From Pseudoflavonifractor sp. (lineage in GTDB: Bacteria > Bacillota > Clostridia > Oscillospirales > Oscillospiraceae): a DNA stretch of 45,382 bases. The position numbers and the translations under genes are program-made. Where the stretch lies: positions 1 to 45,382 of the forward strand of contig JBLJBF010000190.1 in the NCBI GenBank assembly GCA_047637855.1, written 5' to 3'. Under the pieces are notes generated by a model, which made no database searches, was not told the DNA's origin, and was given only the letters and a program-made list of their open reading frames with translations. Numbering within the stretch: the first letter of the stretch is position 1; each line of letters begins with the position of its first letter. Below are positions 37,897-45,382 of this stretch, one piece after another.

Positions 37897-38480
37897 TCAG
37901 CCTCCGGCACCGGTCTTAAAATAGTCTGGCAGCAGCGCATCAAGCTGTTCGGTGTCGTGCAGATCCAAATTAGGTGCGGCTCGGAAAATGTGCGTCAGAT
38001 AGTTATAGGGCTTCAGTCCGTTTTCCTTGGCTGTCTCAATGAGCGAATATATCACCGCGCTGGAAATCTGCCCATGCAAAAAACTCCTCCATGAGCGGCT
38101 TGGAGGATTCTATGCGCTTTTTAAATCTCTGCTCAGGGGGTAGGTCCCCAAATTCATGCTCCAGCGCAAACAATCAGTCGCAGCAGCGCTTGCCAATAAA
38201 AGCAAGGCTCTCCTCACGGCCTTTTTCCGGCACAATTTTCAGCGCCTCGTCAAACTTTCGTCTCAGATGCGCCCAGCAGCTCACAACCGCAATGGTTTCG
38301 GGCAGCTTGTGGTGCCCATCGTAGCCATCTGCGTGAAGATAACCACTCCAGCCCTCCAAAAATTGCTTGGGATGCTTTGCTTTGCGGCTGGGCTGGTAAT
38401 CATACAGCACAATGGGATGCTCTGCACACCCACTTGTTCGGTATAGCCACAGGCAGCTCTTGGATTCGAGCTGTTGACAA
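37897..38480 (-). mobile_element. IS66-family TnpC transposase fragments
   Basis: 'LWLYRTSG..IVLYDYQPSR...GYLHADGY...CWAHLRRKF' and 'YSLIETAKENGL.PYNYL...LLP'. Confidence 0.85.
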
Positions 38481-38529
38481 AGTCTCGCCGCAACCAATCT
38501 GTTGTGCAAAACTAAAGAGAGAGGCAGGG

Positions 38530-38810
38530 GTTTGGGATGCAGCTGGACCTCACAGCAAAATCGTGTCCATCCAGACCGCAGCCGCGGACTCCATCTGCGA
38601 TTTCCCCCTGGCTCACCAGGTACTGGGCGAGCATGGCATCTCCTTTTTTGTGCGGCCCAAAGCGGAGCAGGCGCGCGCCACCGACAAGTACACCAGAGAG
38701 CTGTCTTCTTATGATGAAGGGCAAAACGTCTATCTCTGCCCGGCGGGAAAGGTGCTGGCGCTATGCACGGTGACGCGCAGCGCGTCCGGGGTTAGCTGGC
38801 TGTACAAAGT
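38530..38810 (+). mobile_element. IS1182-like transposase internal fragment
   Basis: 'AADS..DFPL...GI.FFVRP...YDEGQNVYLCPAGKVL'. Confidence 0.55.
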
Positions 38811-39026
38811 CAACAGCTCGAAGCAGACCCAGCTCAAGCTCTATATGCCGTTGACCGCAAACCTCTATGAGTACGGCGAATACGGTGATCTCCAGGACGA
38901 GCCTATGCGTGATATGCTTGGCGAAGAGCCGTGACTCTCTGATGTAATGCCCGGAGCAGGTTTCCTTGCCCCATTTTCTGCGGGTAATGTGAAAGGGAAC
39001 CGTCATGGTTCCCTCTCATATGCTGC

Positions 39027-39057
39027 CGCAGAGCCGGGCATACCGCCCGGCTCTGCG
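39027..39057. terminator. Hairpin downstream of the PRD regulator
   Basis: CGCAGAGCCGGGC-atacc-GCCCGGCTCTGCG. Confidence 0.55.
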
Positions 39058-39105
39058 CGTGAGGCCGTTCGTAAAAAGGGGCCGGAGCCGCGGGCAGAGA
39101 TACTG

Positions 39106-40995
39106 CTACCAGCGCGCCTTGATCATGCGCCTGAAGGAGTCAAAGGTATCCACGTACTTCATATATTCAAGGGTCTTCTCCTCATTGAATATGGTGATCA
39201 GGGCCTCGTAGGAGTCCTTGAATATCTTGTGGTCGTTCTTGTTGAGCGCCATGAGCAGAACAAAGTGCACCATGTTTCCGCCCCATTTGATCCCTGCCCT
39301 GGAGATGAGGACGGCGATCCCCGTCTTCAGGGCGCTCATGTCGACGGCGTGCGGGATCGCCAATTTTCCGAAGGCGGTGGACGCGGCGTTTTCCCGTTTG
39401 AGCACCTGCTCCTCGTATTCCCGGTCCACATAGCGGTGCTCGGCCAGCTTGGCGCAGAGGTGATGGATCACCTCGTCCTTTGTCGTCAGGCTGTCTGTCA
39501 TCTCGAACAGGGATTGGTCGAAAATTTTATCAAAGGTCTCCTTGAGCTGTAAATAGCCGATGCGGCTCTCAATGGCAAAGATTTTTTGATTGATCTCCTC
39601 AAATTGCTTTTGAATATCAAACGGAGAGATGAGGATCACACGGTTGGTGTCGAAATGGGAGATGGGAATCGCGGAAAACAGGATGTCAAAATCCGTCGTC
39701 CTGATGCCGTCGACCTGGTGAACGACCTCTACAAGATCGATTTTGTTGCCGAAATGGATCATCAGCTGATTGCTGATGGTGACATGGAGGTCGTGATAGT
39801 CGGGGCACAGGAGCACCGCGCGCAGCTTGTCGACGGAGTGGTTCTGCCGCTCGATCTCGGCGCCGATGTGCATGGCGAGGAAGGAATACTCATCGTCGGT
39901 GAGCTTGATATCGTACATCCCCACAAGCTCCAGGCCGATGAAAACCGCGATATCGAACAGGATCGGGCTGTTTGAGCGGATGATGTCAAGCATCGGATTT
40001 TTGACGTGCCGGTTCTCCCGCGCGCGCAGCAGCAGATTTTTCAGGTGGATGGAGAAGGATATCCTGAACTCACGGGAGGACAGGTTCACCATATAATTCT
40101 GGTCTACCTTCTTGATGAACGCGTCGGTCAGATCAAAGATGTCCGCGCCGATCAGATTGCTGACGGTATGGTCCTCCACCGCTTTCGAGTAGTTCATGCT
40201 GGAGCTGAAGAGGACGTCGATCTCATTTTTCCCATAGTCGGAAAAACGGTGGGACAGGCGCTCCTCTAGCCTGGAGATCAAGGGCTCCAGAAAGTGATAG
40301 ATCTTGGACTCCTGCAGCTTTCCGCTGCAGGGGATGGATTGATTGTAGATGTCCTGATCGATGATGATCAGCAGGTGCAGCAGAAGATCCACAAACGACA
40401 GGTGATTGATATAGTAGTCAAACTGGCGGGAGGTGTTCAAAACGATCTGAGAGACGCCGTCCACGTCTATGTTCTGGAACCAATCTTTGAGCTGGGGCAC
40501 GTCAAGAAGGCTGGACTCGGAGCTCTGGTAAATGATCCAGCTGATGAACTTCCGCTTGTCCTTGTCGTCCCCTAAGATAACCAGGCTGTTGCTGACGCTG
40601 CGAAACCTCACGTGGTAGGACTCATACCGGCTGTTCATAAAGCTGATGGTGGACTTCAGCGTCGAATAGCTGACCGCCAGCTCGTCGCACAGGTCAAAGA
40701 GATTCAGCCCCTCGGGATGCCGCTCGATCAGCCGCTTGATGATATAGGTGCCGCGCTCTTCCTGCGTCTGCGGTATGTCCTGATTTGTGACGACAAAGCT
40801 GTTGATGAACTGGCTCAACTGATAGCCGTCACGCGTCGCATAGATCATGGGCTGCTCGAATCCGGCGTTGATCTCCTTGACGTAGCTTTTGACCGAGCGG
40901 ACAGACATATTGAGCGCACTTGAAATCTGTGCGCTGGTTTGGGGGGGCTTATACTGCTTTAAATACTCGATCAGCTCTGAACGCTTTGGTTTCAT
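39106..40995 (-). CDS. PRD-containing transcriptional activator (LicR/ManR/MtlR type: HTH-Mga-PRD-PRD-EIIB-EIIA)
   Basis: 'LNMSVRSVKSYVKEIN', 'LAVSYSTL', 'IHLKNLLLR', 'FLAMHIG', 'REN.ASTAFGKLAIPHA'. Confidence 0.9.
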   Translation of the reverse strand: MKPKRSELIEYLKQYKPPQTSAQISSALNMSVRSVKSYVKEINAGFEQPMIYATRDGYQLSQFINSFVVTNQDIPQTQEERGTYIIKRLIERHPEGLNLFDLCDELAVSYSTLKSTISFMNSRYESYHVRFRSVSNSLVILGDDKDKRKFISWIIYQSSESSLLDVPQLKDWFQNIDVDGVSQIVLNTSRQFDYYINHLSFVDLLLHLLIIIDQDIYNQSIPCSGKLQESKIYHFLEPLISRLEERLSHRFSDYGKNEIDVLFSSSMNYSKAVEDHTVSNLIGADIFDLTDAFIKKVDQNYMVNLSSREFRISFSIHLKNLLLRARENRHVKNPMLDIIRSNSPILFDIAVFIGLELVGMYDIKLTDDEYSFLAMHIGAEIERQNHSVDKLRAVLLCPDYHDLHVTISNQLMIHFGNKIDLVEVVHQVDGIRTTDFDILFSAIPISHFDTNRVILISPFDIQKQFEEINQKIFAIESRIGYLQLKETFDKIFDQSLFEMTDSLTTKDEVIHHLCAKLAEHRYVDREYEEQVLKRENAASTAFGKLAIPHAVDMSALKTGIAVLISRAGIKWGGNMVHFVLLMALNKNDHKIFKDSYEALITIFNEEKTLEYMKYVDTFDSFRRMIKARW

Positions 40996-41043
40996 AGACT
41001 CCCTCCATGACGGCCTAATGCGCCCCGACGATATTCATGATAT

Positions 41044-41072
41044 ATTATAGGGAACGTACGGACAGGAAGCAA
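41044..41072 (-). promoter_or_regulatory. Sigma-A promoter for the PRD regulator
   Basis: TTGCTT-17 bp-TATAAT on the minus strand. Confidence 0.55.
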
Positions 41073-41205
41073 GTCACGTGTTTGCACGCAAGGGTGAATA
41101 ACGGCAGACCGGAGGCCTTTCCCTGCAAAGTGTAAATGACAGGTTGAGCTCCCCTCGCTCTCTGTATGATAATGATAGCGTAGGTTGGGGAAAGGAGGTG
41201 GCAGA

Positions 41206-41532
41206 ATGGAGCCTATCAAAATACTCTTATGCTGCGGCGCGGGAATGTCCAGCGGATTCCTGGCCAGCAGCGCCAGGAAGTATATCAAGCAAAGCAAATT
41301 GCCCGTCAGCATAGAAGCGCGCAGCGTATCGGAAGCGGCAGAGTACCTTTCATCCATCCAGGTGCTGCTGCTGGGCCCGCATTACGCGGTGGACCTGGAC
41401 AAGTACAAAGCGTTGGCCGCACCCTATGGCGTCCGCGTGGCGGTCATACCCCCGGATATCTATGCCGCGCTGGACGGCGAAAAAGTGGTATCCCTTGGCC
41501 TTAATATGAAAGAGGAGGACGGATCAAAATGA
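41206..41532 (+). CDS. PTS Lac/cellobiose family EIIB
   Basis: 'ILLCCGAGMSSG', 'LLLGPH'; AAAGGAGGT RBS. Confidence 0.93.
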   Translation: MEPIKILLCCGAGMSSGFLASSARKYIKQSKLPVSIEARSVSEAAEYLSSIQVLLLGPHYAVDLDKYKALAAPYGVRVAVIPPDIYAALDGEKVVSLGLNMKEEDGSK

Positions 41533-42758
41533 AAAAACTGATGCGCTTTCTGTCGGAGAATTTTGCACCCAAAGCGAACGCCTTTTTCAGCAAGCCCTGG
41601 CTTTCCGGCCTTTCCAGCGGTATGCAAAAGATCATTCCCTTCGTTCTGATCGGCTCCCTCATGTACCTCTACAACGTACCGGCCTCTTACATCCCCGCTT
41701 TGCCCGATTTAGGCCCGATCCTCAATTACAGCTTCGGCCTGATCTCCATCATTGTGGCTTTCATGATCGCGAGCCAGTGCATGGAGAAACTTAACCACCC
41801 GCTCTACGTGGTCAATGCCGGCATCACGGCCATCTGCGTGACCATGATGGCGCTGACCCCTGTGGGGGAGCAGTCCGACAGTCTCTCCGCCATGCTCAGG
41901 AATATGGGGCCGACGGGAGTCGCCGTGGGCATGATCGTGGGGCTCGTGGTGGCGATCATCTTCCACAACTGGGGAAAGCTCCGGTTCCTCCAGGACTCCA
42001 GCATTCCCGACTTCGTGACGGGCTGGATCAACACCCTCGTGCCAGCTTTCCTCTCCCTGGCTCTGGCCATGATTTTGATCTTTAAGCTCCACATCGACGT
42101 TTTGAGCACGATCCAGGCCCTGTTCGTCCCCCTGTTCCAGTTCGGGCAGACCCTGCCCGGCGCCATCATCATGTTCGTGATCCCGGTGATCTTCTATACC
42201 ATGGGGGTCTCCTCCTGGATGTTTACCTCTATCTGGATGCCGATCCTGATGACGGGCACCCAGATGAATATCGACGCGGTCGCAAAGGGCCTGGCCCCCA
42301 CGGCGGTCTTCTCGACCGAGACGGTGTTTACCCTGGGTTTTATGGGCATGGGCGGCATGTGCTGCACCCTGGCGCTGAATCTCCTGATGGTATTTTCAAA
42401 ATCCAAGCAGATGCGCACCCTGGGCCGGGTCTTCCTCGTGCCCTCCATCTTCAACATCAACGAGCCCGTCATGTTCGGCGCGCCGGTGGTCTTCAATCCG
42501 ATTTTAATGCTGCCGGCATGGCTCACCACGGTCGTGGGACCGATCTACGTCTGGGTCATCATGAAGACGGGCCTCTTGAATATCCCGGCAAAAATGATCA
42601 ACATCGGCCAGCTGCCCGCGCCCATCGGCAGCGTGCTGGTGACCGAGGATCTGCGGGCGCTGCTGTGGTGGATCGTGCTGCTTGGCATCTATCTACTGAT
42701 ATGGTATCCTTTCTTTAAGGTATACGAAAAGCAAAAGCTTGAAGAAGAGAAGAATTGA
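41529..42758 (+). CDS. PTS Lac/cellobiose family EIIC
   Basis: Polytopic membrane protein; 'MGGMCCTL', 'PSIFNINEPVMFGAPVVFNP', 'IWYPFFK'. Confidence 0.92.
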   Translation: MKKLMRFLSENFAPKANAFFSKPWLSGLSSGMQKIIPFVLIGSLMYLYNVPASYIPALPDLGPILNYSFGLISIIVAFMIASQCMEKLNHPLYVVNAGITAICVTMMALTPVGEQSDSLSAMLRNMGPTGVAVGMIVGLVVAIIFHNWGKLRFLQDSSIPDFVTGWINTLVPAFLSLALAMILIFKLHIDVLSTIQALFVPLFQFGQTLPGAIIMFVIPVIFYTMGVSSWMFTSIWMPILMTGTQMNIDAVAKGLAPTAVFSTETVFTLGFMGMGGMCCTLALNLLMVFSKSKQMRTLGRVFLVPSIFNINEPVMFGAPVVFNPILMLPAWLTTVVGPIYVWVIMKTGLLNIPAKMINIGQLPAPIGSVLVTEDLRALLWWIVLLGIYLLIWYPFFKVYEKQKLEEEKN

Positions 42759-42773
42759 AAGCGGGTATTCGCA

Positions 42774-45344
<2,571 letters not shown>

Positions 45345-45382
45345 CGCGGGATTCTCCATATAATAAGGCGCTCAAAAACCGG

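Overview
A 45-kb accessory region from a spore-former-type Clostridia genome (SLH proteins, sigma-A promoters; Oscillospiraceae-like by gene style, which is inference). Three cargo blocks are separated by mobile-element debris. (1) About 5.1-31.9 kb is a uronic-acid polysaccharide utilisation locus: KduD/DhuD-type reductase, an unknown discoidin-fold protein, KduI, DUF2264, GH88, a sugar ABC importer, a YesM/YesN-type two-component system, a 2,195-aa SLH-anchored GH136-like beta-helix protein with an adjacent LnbY-like chaperone lipoprotein, a non-catalytic FIVAR-SLH protein, and an 1,881-aa LamG-metallophosphoesterase-PL8 lyase fusion. The block lies between two identical 22-bp direct repeats and two serine-recombinase remnants. 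(2) About 32.3-37 kb holds a lipoprotein and a MacB/FtsX-type ABC module, followed by recombinase, IS66 and IS1182 fragments. (3) About 39.1-45.3 kb is a PRD-activator-controlled Lac/Cel-family PTS operon. Its GH1 has Gln instead of the catalytic acid/base Glu (myrosinase-like), and its YdjC/ChbG deacetylase has altered metal motifs. No CRISPR array, rRNA or intact tRNA was seen. All family calls come from motif recognition by eye, not database searches.
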